From an uncultured Chloroflexia bacterium (GTDB taxonomy: Bacteria > Chloroflexota > Limnocylindria > Limnocylindrales > CSP1-4), in the NCBI GenBank assembly GCA_963779375.1, contig CAVZXW010000013.1, positions 273 through 64,272 on the forward strand: a DNA stretch of 64,000 bases, given 5' to 3'. Below the pieces are notes generated by a model, which had not been told where the DNA came from, did no database searches, and saw only the letters and a program-made list of their open reading frames with translations. Positions within the stretch are counted from its first letter, which is position 1. Each line of letters opens with the position of its first letter. Shown in pieces: positions 45,405-54,047 of the stretch. A program made the translations under genes and the position numbers.

Positions 45405-45945
45405 GTCGCGGGCGGGGGATGGGGCCATCGTGGTGACGAGCGCGTCGGCCGAGGTGACGCGCTCGCTGGCGGCGCGACTCGGAGCCGAAGCAGCGCCCGG
45501 CGACGTGATCGCGCTGCGCGGCGACCTCGGGGCCGGCAAGACGCAGTTCGCCAAGGGCTTCGCCGTGGGGCTCGGGGTCTCGGCCGTCGTGAACAGCCCG
45601 AGCTTCACGCTGATGGCCGAGTACGCCGGACGGCTCCCGCTGTTCCACCTCGACCTGTACCGCCTCGCGGGTGCCGCGGACGCCATCGCCGGTGGCCTGC
45701 TGGACGAGCGCCAGCAATCCGGCGCCACGCTGATCGAGTGGGCCGAACGCCTGGACGGACCGGTCGGGGGAGCGGACCTGGAGGTGCGCTTCGAGGGTGC
45801 CGGTGACGAGGTGCGGCGGCTCACCCTGGTCGCGCGCTCATCCCGAGGATCGCGATACGTGACCGCGGCGCGTTCCTGGCGGCCCCCGGCGGGGAGCGCC
45901 CCGGAATCCGCGCCCGGCGCCGGCGCTGCAGGGGGCCCGGCGTGA
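45397..45945 (+). CDS. tsaE: tRNA t6A37 biosynthesis ATPase TsaE
   Basis: Motifs: VIALRGDLGAGKTQFAKG, VNSPSFTLMAEY, LFHLDLYRL, LIEWAERL. Confidence 0.9.
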   Translation: MVESRAGDGAIVVTSASAEVTRSLAARLGAEAAPGDVIALRGDLGAGKTQFAKGFAVGLGVSAVVNSPSFTLMAEYAGRLPLFHLDLYRLAGAADAIAGGLLDERQQSGATLIEWAERLDGPVGGADLEVRFEGAGDEVRRLTLVARSSRGSRYVTAARSWRPPAGSAPESAPGAGAAGGPA

Positions 45946-46676
45946 GCGGAGGCCCGCTGCTGGTCGCGATCGACACCGCCACGCGGCGCGCGGCGATCGC
46001 CCTGGGTACGGGAAGCGGCGTCCCGCTCGCCTCGCGTTCGTGGGAGGCCGGCTACCGGCACGGCGAGGAGCTGCTCGCCGTCCTCGACGAGCTGCTTCGG
46101 GACACCTCAATCACGCTCCGGGACGTCACGGGTGTGGTGGTGGGCACGGGGCCGGGGGCGTTCACCGGACTGCGCGTGGGGATGGCGACCGCAAAGGGGC
46201 TGGCCTACGGCCTGCACATCCCGCTCGTGGGTGTCGGATCCGCCGCAGGCCTCGCGACGGCGGCGCGGGCGGAGAGGCATGCGCCCGACGACGGCCTGGT
46301 CGTGCTGATGCCCGCCGGCCCGCACGACCGCTACCTGGCCCGCTTCGCCGCCCCCACCGGGGGAGGGGAAGTCCGCCCGTCCGTCATCGGCGACCCTGAG
46401 CTCGTCCCCGGTGCCGAACCGCTCGAGCCGATGGTCGGTGGCACGATCGTCGTGGCCGTCGACCTCGTGGCCGGGCCCGGGATCTCCGGGGAGGCCGTGG
46501 CGCTCGGTCTCGCCGCCCAGGCCGGGCTCGGCGCCGCGCTCCTCGACGCCGGGCGCGAGGCGCTCGAGCGGGGACACGCCGACGACGTGGCGGAGCTCGT
46601 GCCCGCGTACGTCACGCTGCCCCGCGGCATCACCGCATCCGCAGGGACCATCGAGTGGTCGCGCGACCTCCGGTAA
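45942..46676 (+). CDS. tsaB: tRNA t6A37 biosynthesis protein TsaB
   Basis: Motifs: LLVAIDTATRRAAIAL, HGEELLAVLDELL, VVGTGPGAFTGLRVGMATAKGLA. Confidence 0.9.
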   Translation: MSGGPLLVAIDTATRRAAIALGTGSGVPLASRSWEAGYRHGEELLAVLDELLRDTSITLRDVTGVVVGTGPGAFTGLRVGMATAKGLAYGLHIPLVGVGSAAGLATAARAERHAPDDGLVVLMPAGPHDRYLARFAAPTGGGEVRPSVIGDPELVPGAEPLEPMVGGTIVVAVDLVAGPGISGEAVALGLAAQAGLGAALLDAGREALERGHADDVAELVPAYVTLPRGITASAGTIEWSRDLR

Positions 46677-47296
46677 GGGTCGTCGTCGAGCCCATGGTGC
46701 TCGCCGACATCCCCGCCGTTCACGACATCGAGCGCGCGAGCTTCAGCGCGCCCTGGCCGACCTACGCCTTCCGGCAGGAGCTCGAGGCGAACCGGCTGGC
46801 CCGGTACCTGGTGGCTCGCGACGGCGACCGGCTGGTCGGCTACGCAGGGCTCTGGCTCATGGTCGACGAGGCGCACGTGACGACGTTCGCGGTGGCGCCG
46901 GAGTACCGGCGCCAGGGCGTCGGCGAGCACCTGCTCCAGGAGCTGCTGCGGATCGCGGAGTCCGTCGGCGCCGCCGTCGCGACGCTCGAGGTCCGCGTGT
47001 CGAACCTTCCGGCGCGGCGGCTGTACGAGAAGTACGGGTTCAGGCCGGTGGGGGTTCGGCCCCGGTACTACACGGACAACAACGAGGATGCCCTGATCAT
47101 GACCACCAGCGAGCTGCGGTCACGCGACATGCGCGATCGACTTCGCCGCCTGGCCGCCGAGCTCCAGGGCCGCCGGGGCGAGACCGACGGAGCGCCGGCG
47201 GCGGGCGAGACTGCCCGAGCCGATGCCTCGCGTGAGTTGCCGGCGACGATGCCGGAGGTGCCGCGTGACGATCGGGCGGGAAGCGGGGGTCGAGGC
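46655..47296 (+). CDS. rimI: Ribosomal-protein-alanine N-acetyltransferase RimI (GNAT). It has no in-frame stop before tsaD in this sequence
   Basis: Motifs: IPAVHDIERASFSAPW, LVGYAGLWLMVDEAHVTTFAVAPEYRRQGVGEHLL, LEVRVSNLPARRLYEKYGF, EDALIM. A ~60-aa tail then runs in frame into the tsaD GTG at 47297. Confidence 0.85.
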
Positions 47297-48357
47297 GTGA
47301 GCGCTGCCGGGGGAACCGGGCTGATCCTCGCCGTCGAGACCTCGTGCGACGAGACAGCCGTGGCGGTCGTCGAGCATGGCCGGAGGATCCGGGCCAGCGT
47401 CGTGGCCAGCCAGGTCGCGATGCACGCAGCCACCGGCGGGATCGTCCCGGAGGTCGCGGCGCGTGCGCACCTGCGCTGGATCGTCCCCGTGTTCGAGGAG
47501 GCGCGCGCCGGTGCGGGCATCGACGACTGGTCGGCGATCGAGGCGGTGGCCGTCACGTACGGCCCGGGTCTCGCCGGGTCCCTGCTCGTCGGCATCAACT
47601 TCGCCAAGACGCTGGCGTACGTGCACGGGCGTCCGCTGGTGCCCGTCAACCACCTCGAGGGCCACATCTACGCGGCGTGGCTGCTCGACCCGGGGGAGGC
47701 GGAGCGTCCGTCCCCGCCGTTCCCCCTGTCGCGCTCGTGGTCAGCGGCGGGCACACCTTCCTGGTCGAGATGCGCGACCACCTCGACGTACCGGCTCCTC
47801 GGGCAGACCGTGGACGACGCCGCAGGCGAGGCGTTCGACAAGGTCGGCCGGCTTCTCGGGCTGCCCTACCCCGGGGGCCCCGCCATCATGAAGGCGGCGG
47901 CCGGAGCGGAGCGCCGCGACGTGGAGTTCCCGCGCGCGTGGATGGGCGATTCCTTCGACTTCAGCTTCAGCGGCCTGAAGACCGCCGCCCGGCGCGCGAT
48001 CGAGCGCACGAGGCGGGACGCGACGCGCTCCGACGCGCGGCGCGTGGTGGCCGAGCTCGCGTACGGCTTCCAGGAGTCGGTCGTCGACGTCCTGGCGACC
48101 AAGACCGGCCAGGCGGCGGAGCGCAGCGGCGCCCGCGCGATCGTCGTCGGTGGTGGCGTGGCGGCGAACGCCGTCCTGCGGGACCGCGTCGCGGACCGTG
48201 CCGCGGCGCTCGGGATTCCGCTGATCGTGCCGCGGCCGGGGCTCTGCACCGACAACGCGGCGATGATCGGTGCCGCGGGGTTCTTCCGGGCACGGGCCGG
48301 CGACCCGCGCCTCGCTCGACCTGGACGCGCGGCCCGTCGTTGCCGCTCGTCCGGTGA
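47297..48357 (+). pseudogene. tsaD: tRNA N6-adenosine threonylcarbamoyltransferase TsaD, frame broken at least 4 times (~47728, ~47788, ~48310, ~48335; probably sequence error)
   Basis: Motifs: ILAVETSCDETAVAVV, GIVPEVAARAH, VTYGPGLAGSLLVG, VNHLEGHI, then (other frame) VALVVSGGHTFLVEMRDHL, then GQTVDDAAGEAFDKVGRLLGLPYPGGP, SFSGLKTA, VVGGGVAAN, CTDNAAMIG. The C-terminus, LDLDARP / SLPLVR-stop, is split over two frames. Confidence 0.93.
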
Positions 48358-48405
48358 CGCGGCGGCGACGACCCGCTCGACGCGACCCACCTCGGCCCGG
48401 AGGCG

Positions 48406-49287
48406 GTGCGGCGCTACCTCCGCCGGCACGGCCTGGAGGCGCGCCGCTCGCTGAGCCAGAACCACCTCGTCGACGGCGAGGCCCTCGAGGCGATCGTCGA
48501 GGCCGCGGCTCCGGCGCCCGGCCGCCGGGTCCTCGAGGTCGGACCCGGCATCGGCATCCTGACGGGCGCGCTGCTCGCGGCCGGCGCCGCGGTCACCGCC
48601 GTGGAGGTCGACGCGAGGCTCGCCGCGCACCTGCGGGAACGGTTCGAGCTGGCGCTCGAACTCGGAGCCGCGCATCCGGACGCGCCGGCGGGCTCGCTGA
48701 CGCTCGTCGAGGCGGACGTCCTCGACGTCCCGGTCGACGAGCTGGTCTCCGGACCGTTCGACGTCGTGGCGAACCTGCCGTACCACATCACGAGCCCCGT
48801 GCTGCACCACGTCCTCGGCGACGAGCCGCGGCCGGAGCGGTTCGTGCTGATGCTGCAGCGCGAGGTTGCCGAGCGAATCGCGTCGCCGCCCGGCGGGATG
48901 AGCTACCTCTCGGTGTTCGTCCAGTACCACGCCGACGGTCGCAGCGTCGTCCGGATCGTGCCGGGCGGCGTCGTTCGAACCCGCACCCGAGGTCGATTCG
49001 GCCGTGCTCGTCGGCGCGCACGCCGGCCGCGCCGCCTGACGGCCCGGAAGGGGAGGAGCGCTCTGGCGGCTCGTCCAGGCCGGCTTCCGCGAGCGGCGCA
49101 AGATGATCAGGAACGTGTGCCGCGGCAGCTGCCCGCCCTGGGACGCGAGCGCGTCGATGCCGCGCTCGACGCGGCGGGCATCGCGCCGGACCGGCGGCCC
49201 CAGACGCTGTCGGTGGAGGAGTGGCTGGTCCTGGCCGAGTTGCTGGACATGATCGGGCCAGGCTGGCGAACGCCGGGGGCTGCGTGA
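48406..49287 (+). pseudogene. rsmA: 16S rRNA (adenine1518/1519-N6)-dimethyltransferase RsmA/KsgA, with at least 3 frame breaks between ~48925 and ~49110
   Basis: Motifs: SLSQNHLVD, VLEVGPGIGILT, VTAVEVD, VANLPYHITSP, MLQREVAERI. The middle (FEPAPEVDSAVLV..., ...LWRLVQAGFRERRKMIRN) is readable only by switching frames. The C-terminus is RRPQTLSVEEW. Confidence 0.9.
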
Positions 49288-50255
49288 CGACGCCCGGTTT
49301 GTTCGTGGCCGCCCCGGCCAAGATCAACCTCGCGCTCGAGGTAGTCGGGCGCAGGCCCGACGGATTCCACGAGCTCCGGTCCGTCTTCGCGGCGCTCGGA
49401 CTCGCCGACGACCTGCGCGTGTCGGTCCGGAGCATGGGCCGGATGCCCGTCCCTCGCGACCGCCTCACCGTGACGGGCGCCCCCGACGTCCCGGCCGCGG
49501 ACAACCTCGTTCTCCGCGCCGCACTCCGGCTCCGCAGCGAGGCGGGCCGGTCGCTCCCTCCGCTGGATTTCCGGCTGCGCAAACGGATCCCCGCGGCGGC
49601 CGGGCTCGGGGGCGGGAGCAGCGACGCGCTGGCGGCCCTCGACCTCGCCGCCGCTGCGTGGGGCCTGCGCCTGTCACGTCGCCGACGCCTGGAGCTGGCG
49701 GTCACGCTCGGGTCGGACGTGCCGTTCTTCGCGCTGGGGGGCTGGGCACTCGCGCGCGGCCGCGGCGAGCGGCTCGTGCGTCTTCCGCCACCGCCGGGGG
49801 GACCGCTCGGCGTCCTGCTCGCCGTCCCGTCGGCGCGCCTCTCGACACGCGACGTCTTCGCGGCCTTCGACGCGTCCCGGGGCACGCCCCTGGGTGGGGC
49901 GGGCGACGCGGAGGCGCCAGCGCGTCCCGGTGCGTCCGGCCGCCTCGCGGCGCTGCTTCGGCGTGGCGGGTCCGCGGCCGAGCTCTCGGACGCGCAGCCT
50001 GCCAACGACCTGCTCGGCGCAGCGGCGGCACTGCTGCCGGGCCTCGGAGGCCTGCGCCGCCAGCTGGGCGACCTCCTCGGCCGCCCCGTGCACCTCAGCG
50101 GGTCCGGGCCCACCCTGTTCGTCCTCTATGCTTCGCCACGAGATGCGCGGCGTGCGGCACCCGCGGTGCGGGCCGCTGCGGCGGCCGGCACGCTGCGACC
50201 GCCCGGAGGCACGCTGCGGGTGATCGCCACGGCGACAGAGGGAGGAAACGCATGA
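49284..50255 (+). CDS. ispE: 4-diphosphocytidyl-2-C-methyl-D-erythritol kinase
   Basis: GTG 49284 overlaps the rsmA stop. Motifs: APAKINLALEVVGRRPDGFHEL, KRIPAAAGLGGGSSDA, GSDVPFF, LSGSGPTLF. Confidence 0.88.
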   Translation: MTTPGLFVAAPAKINLALEVVGRRPDGFHELRSVFAALGLADDLRVSVRSMGRMPVPRDRLTVTGAPDVPAADNLVLRAALRLRSEAGRSLPPLDFRLRKRIPAAAGLGGGSSDALAALDLAAAAWGLRLSRRRRLELAVTLGSDVPFFALGGWALARGRGERLVRLPPPPGGPLGVLLAVPSARLSTRDVFAAFDASRGTPLGGAGDAEAPARPGASGRLAALLRRGGSAAELSDAQPANDLLGAAAALLPGLGGLRRQLGDLLGRPVHLSGSGPTLFVLYASPRDARRAAPAVRAAAAAGTLRPPGGTLRVIATATEGGNA

Positions 50256-50638
50256 ACGATCGGATCGCGACGAACGCGGCCCCGGCGGCCATCGGTCCGT
50301 ACAGCCAGGCCGTGCGCGGGCACCGGCTCCTGTTCTGCTCCGGCCAGCTCGGCCTCGATCCCGCGTCGGGCGAGCTCGCGTCGGGGACGGAGGCCCAGGC
50401 GGAGCGGGCGCTCGCCAACGTGCGCGCCGTCGTCGAGGCCGGGGGAGGCACCATGCGCGACGTCGTCAGGACCACGGTGTACCTCGCGGACATGAACGAT
50501 TTCGCCGCCGTCAACGCCGTGTATGCCCGTCACTTCGAGGAGCCGTACCCCGCCCGCTCCACCGTGGCCGTCGCCGCCCTGCCGAAGGGTGGGCGCGTCG
50601 AGATCGAGGCCACGGCGTTCCTTCCCGACCCGGCGTGA
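50252..50638 (+). CDS. ridA: RidA/YjgF-family reactive-intermediate deaminase
   Basis: ATG 50252 overlaps the ispE stop. Motifs: AAPAAIGPYSQAV, LFCSGQLGLDP, VRTTVYLADMNDFAAVNAVY, PARSTVAVAALPKGGRVEIE. Confidence 0.9.
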   Translation: MNDRIATNAAPAAIGPYSQAVRGHRLLFCSGQLGLDPASGELASGTEAQAERALANVRAVVEAGGGTMRDVVRTTVYLADMNDFAAVNAVYARHFEEPYPARSTVAVAALPKGGRVEIEATAFLPDPA

Positions 50639-50760
50639 CTGCCGGGCGAGACGCGGCCGGACGTGCCACGACCGGCGGGACAGGGAGCGCTCGCGGGGGA
50701 CGACGCCGGCCGTGAACCCCGCGCCGCGCGTCGCCGGAAGCCCGGCGGCATGTCCCCGCG

Positions 50761-50789
50761 TTGACACCCCCACCCGCGGGCCGGAGAAT
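50761..50789 (+). promoter_or_regulatory. Candidate promoter for glmU (TTGACA, 17 nt, GAGAAT)
   Basis: ttgaca at 50761-50766 and gagaat at 50784-50789, about 50 nt upstream of GTG 50840. It shares the 13-mer CGTTGACACCCCC with the rpsL promoter candidate. Confidence 0.45.
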
Positions 50790-50839
50790 CGGGGGGACGT
50801 GTCGAACAACCCTCCAAGTCTCGACGAGCGGCCGGCGTC

Positions 50840-52315
50840 GTGAATCGCGACGTCCCTGCCGCTCCGCTCGCGATCGTGCTTGCGGCAGGGCTCGGAACCC
50901 GCATGCGGTCGCGCCGGCCCAAGGTCCTCCACGAGCTGTGCGGCAGGCCGATGCTCTCGCACGTCCTCGACGTCGCCCGCGCGGTGGGCCGTCGCGATCC
51001 CCTGGTGGTCGTATCGCCGGCGACGGCGTCGGTCCGCGAGGTGATCGGTGATGACGGCGTGACGTACGCGCTGCAGGCCGAGCCGCTGGGCACCGCCGAT
51101 GCCCTGGCCGCGGCGATGGCGGTCGCGCCGGCGGACGCCGACGAGATCGTCGTGCTCAGCGGCGACGTTCCGCTGCTCCGGCCGGAGACCGTCGAGCGGC
51201 TGCTTGCCCTGCGGCGCCGCGAGGACGCCACGATCGCGATGGCCGTCATCGACCTCGCGAACCCCCACGGGTACGGGCGCGTGGTCCGGGATGGCCAGGG
51301 CCGCGTGTCGCACGTGGTGGAGGAGAAGGACGCCGACGACGAGGTACGGGCGATCCGCGAGGTCAACGCGGCGCTCTACGCGTTCCACGGCCCGTGGGTG
51401 CGGGCACGCGTCGGCAGCGTCCTCCCGTCGCCCGCGACCGGTGAGTACTACCTTCCCGAGCTGGTGGGCATGGCGCACGCCGAGGGGGGGCGCGTGGTCG
51501 CTCTCCGGGTTCCCGACCGGCGCGAGCTCGCCGGGATCAACGACCGGGTCCAGCTCGCCGAGGCGGAGGCGGAGCTGCGACGCCGCATCGTGGAGGCCCA
51601 CATGCGCGCCGGCGTCACGATGCTCGATCCTTCCAGCGTGAGGATCGAGGCGGGCGTCGAGATCGCCGTCGACGTCGTGCTGGAGCCGGGCGTGGTCCTC
51701 CAGGGCCGCACGCGCATCGGCAGCGACACGGTCGTCGGGACGGGCAGCCGGATCGTGGACAGCGTCGTGGGCGAACGGTGCCGCATCTGGTCGAGCGTGA
51801 TCGAATCGAGCGAGGTCGGTGACGACGTCCGGGTCGGCCCGTGGGCGCACCTGCGACCCGGCGCCCGTGTCGGCGACGGTGCCGAGGTCGGCAACTTCGC
51901 CGAGATCAAGTCGAGCAGCCTCGGCCGGGGATCGAAGCAGCACCACTTCAGCTACCTCGGCGACGCCACGATCGGCGAGCACGTGAACATCGGCGCAGGG
52001 ACGATCACGTGCAACTTCGACGGCCGGGACAAGCACCACACCGAGATCGGCGACGGCGCCTTCATCGGCTCCGACACGATGCTGGTGGCGCCGGTGCGGG
52101 TGGGGGCAGAGTCGAGGACCGGAGCCGGCTCCGTCGTCACGCACGACGTCCCGGACGGCATGCTGGCGGTGGGCGTCCCGGCGCGACTCCGCCATCCGGC
52201 GACCCCGCCAGGCCTCCGATCTCGAGGCGCTCCCGACGCCGGCCGGGCCGGGGCACTCGCCGGTGGCGTCTCCGACGACCAGCCCGCACCGGAGGACCTC
52301 ACGTCCCCGGCATGA
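50840..52315 (+). CDS. glmU: Bifunctional GlcNAc-1-phosphate uridyltransferase / glucosamine-1-phosphate acetyltransferase
   Basis: 491-aa ORF. Motifs: IVLAAGLGTRMRS..PKVLH, LGTADAL, LSGDVPLL, NDRVQLAEAE. Left-handed beta-helix hexapeptide repeats follow, with NFAEIKSS...GSKQHHFSYLGDA. Confidence 0.95.
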   Translation: MNRDVPAAPLAIVLAAGLGTRMRSRRPKVLHELCGRPMLSHVLDVARAVGRRDPLVVVSPATASVREVIGDDGVTYALQAEPLGTADALAAAMAVAPADADEIVVLSGDVPLLRPETVERLLALRRREDATIAMAVIDLANPHGYGRVVRDGQGRVSHVVEEKDADDEVRAIREVNAALYAFHGPWVRARVGSVLPSPATGEYYLPELVGMAHAEGGRVVALRVPDRRELAGINDRVQLAEAEAELRRRIVEAHMRAGVTMLDPSSVRIEAGVEIAVDVVLEPGVVLQGRTRIGSDTVVGTGSRIVDSVVGERCRIWSSVIESSEVGDDVRVGPWAHLRPGARVGDGAEVGNFAEIKSSSLGRGSKQHHFSYLGDATIGEHVNIGAGTITCNFDGRDKHHTEIGDGAFIGSDTMLVAPVRVGAESRTGAGSVVTHDVPDGMLAVGVPARLRHPATPPGLRSRGAPDAGRAGALAGGVSDDQPAPEDLTSPA

Positions 52316-53643
52316 ACCCGCTCCTGGACCTCATCGTCATCGCGATCCTGATCGCGCTCAACGCGATCTTCGTGGCCGCCGAGATCGCCCTGGTGACGAT
52401 CCGCCGAAGCCGGATCGAGCAGCTCGTCGAGGAGGGGAGCAAGGCCGCCCGCCGCGTCGAGCGCCTGCTGCAGCGCCCGGGACGCTTCCTGGCCGTCACG
52501 CAGCTCTGGATCACCTTCATCGGCTTCCTGTCGTCCGCGTTCGCGGCCGTGACACTGACCGTCGCCATGGAGGACCTGCTGTCGCGCGTGCCGGCGGTGG
52601 CCTCGTACGCCGCGGCGTTGAGCCTGGTCCTCGTGACCCTGCTGCTCTCGCTCGTGACGATCGTGTTCGGCGAGCTGGTCCCGAAGGCGCTGGCGCTGGC
52701 CAACGCGGAGCCGTTCGCCCTGGCCGTGTCCGGGCCGTTCGAGTTGCTCGAGCGGGTGCTGAGCCCCCTCGTCCGCCTGCTCGAGTTCGTCACCAACGCC
52801 GTGACCCGCCCGCTCGGCGCCGAGCAGCACGACCGCAGCCAGATCTCGATGGAGGAGTTGAAGATCCTCGTCGAGCGCGGAGGCGAGCAGGGTGTCCTCG
52901 AGGCCGAGGAGGAGCAGATGATCTCGGCCGTCATCGAGCTCGGCGAGGGGCGCGTCCACGAGGTCATGGTTCCGCGCATCGACGTGACGGCCATCCCCGT
53001 GGAGACGGCGTTCGGCGAGGCGCTCGACACCATCCTGCGCGAGGGGCACTCGCGCATTCCGGTGTACGAGGAGTCGATCGACAACGTGATCGGCATCCTC
53101 TACGCGAAGGATCTGCTGCCCTACCTGAAGGACAACGCCGAGCAGCCTGAGCTTCGGCGCCTTCTCCGGCCTCCGCTCTTCGTGCCGGAGTCGATGAGCG
53201 TGGACGACCTGCTCCACGAGCTCCAGCGGCGAAAGGTGCACATCGCGGTCGTGCTCGACGAGTACGGTGGAACGGCAGGCATCGTGACGATCGAGGATCT
53301 CCTCGAGGAGATCGTGGGCGAGATCCAGGACGAGTACGACGTCGAGGAGCCCATGGTCGAGCGCATCTCCGACACCGAGGTGCGCTTCGACGGGCGGGCG
53401 AACATCGACGACTTCGTGGATGCCCTCGGCGTGGACCTCGCCGACGAGGATCGCGAGGAATACGACACGGTGGGCGGGTTCGTGTACCACCGCGTCGGCG
53501 GCATCCCGAAGGTCGGCGACACGCTGGAGGTCGACGGGCTGACGCTCAGGGTCGAGAGCACCGACGGGCGGCGGGTCGGAAAGGTCCTGGCGGTGCGCCA
53601 CACGCGCGACGAGGACGTGGAGTCGGAGTCGCCGGGCGAGTAA
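52312..53643 (+). CDS. CNNM/CorC/TlyC-family transporter (DUF21 membrane domain, CBS pair, CorC_HlyC domain)
   Basis: ATG 52312 overlaps the glmU stop. Motifs: AAEIALVTIRRSRIEQL, FGELVPKALAL, VMVPRIDV, HSRIPVY, HIAVVLDEYGGTAGIVTIEDLLEEIVGEI, GGFVYHRVGGIP. Confidence 0.9.
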   Translation: MNPLLDLIVIAILIALNAIFVAAEIALVTIRRSRIEQLVEEGSKAARRVERLLQRPGRFLAVTQLWITFIGFLSSAFAAVTLTVAMEDLLSRVPAVASYAAALSLVLVTLLLSLVTIVFGELVPKALALANAEPFALAVSGPFELLERVLSPLVRLLEFVTNAVTRPLGAEQHDRSQISMEELKILVERGGEQGVLEAEEEQMISAVIELGEGRVHEVMVPRIDVTAIPVETAFGEALDTILREGHSRIPVYEESIDNVIGILYAKDLLPYLKDNAEQPELRRLLRPPLFVPESMSVDDLLHELQRRKVHIAVVLDEYGGTAGIVTIEDLLEEIVGEIQDEYDVEEPMVERISDTEVRFDGRANIDDFVDALGVDLADEDREEYDTVGGFVYHRVGGIPKVGDTLEVDGLTLRVESTDGRRVGKVLAVRHTRDEDVESESPGE

Positions 53644-53651
53644 GCCGCTGT

Positions 53652-53704
53652 CGCGATTCCCCGGCTCCGCCGCGATTCCCCGGCGCTCGCCGCGATTCCC
53701 CGGC
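53652..53704. repeat. Three direct copies of CGCGATTCCCCGGC spaced 19-20 bp apart, directly after the CNNM stop codon
   Basis: Copies at 53652-53665, 53671-53684 and 53691-53704. Copies 2 and 3 share 17 nt (cgccgcgattccccggc). A degenerate inverted copy (ggaatcgtg) follows at ~53718. Confidence 0.9.
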
Positions 53705-53711
53705 CGCTTTC

Positions 53712-53893
53712 ATGCAGGAATCGTGTCGCCTGGAACGTTATGTCGGTTGGACCCGGCCATGGAGGGGCCCAGGGGCACACGCCACGGTTTCGCCATGCCC
53801 GGATCGTGCGGGCGGGCGCTCCCGGCGCCCTGCCGGACGGCCGACAGGGGCCGCGCAGCCGACATACGTTTCCGTACCGATAGATTCTGCAGG
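53712..53893. other. ~180-nt element bounded by a long imperfect inverted repeat (candidate structured ncRNA or MITE-like relic)
   Basis: The left arm is tgcaggaatcgtgtcgcctggaacgttatgtcgg (53712-53746). The right arm is ccgacatacgtttccgtaccgatagattctgcagg (~53859-53893). Pairing blocks: augucgg/ccgacau (7 bp), ggaa/uucc, ucg/cga, aauc/gauu and ugcag/cugca. No credible ORF on either strand. Confidence 0.35.
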
Positions 53894-54047
53894 AAGGCCG
53901 GGGGACGAGGCTCCGCTGGCGCCTGCGCGACGAGCCGTGCCTCCGCGCGGCGGCGAGACCGTGCCCGGACGCGCCCCGCGCCGAGACGGTGCCACCGCGC
54001 GGTGAGCCGGTTGCCCCGCGGGGCCCGCCCGCGTCTGGCCCCGCCGG

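Noticed and set aside
48955-48985. tRNA-like T-arm (gtcgttcgaacccgc)
   Set aside because: It lies inside the rsmA coding sequence (…FEPAPEV…). There is no acceptor or anticodon stem around it. No other tRNA-like structures were seen in the intergenic regions.
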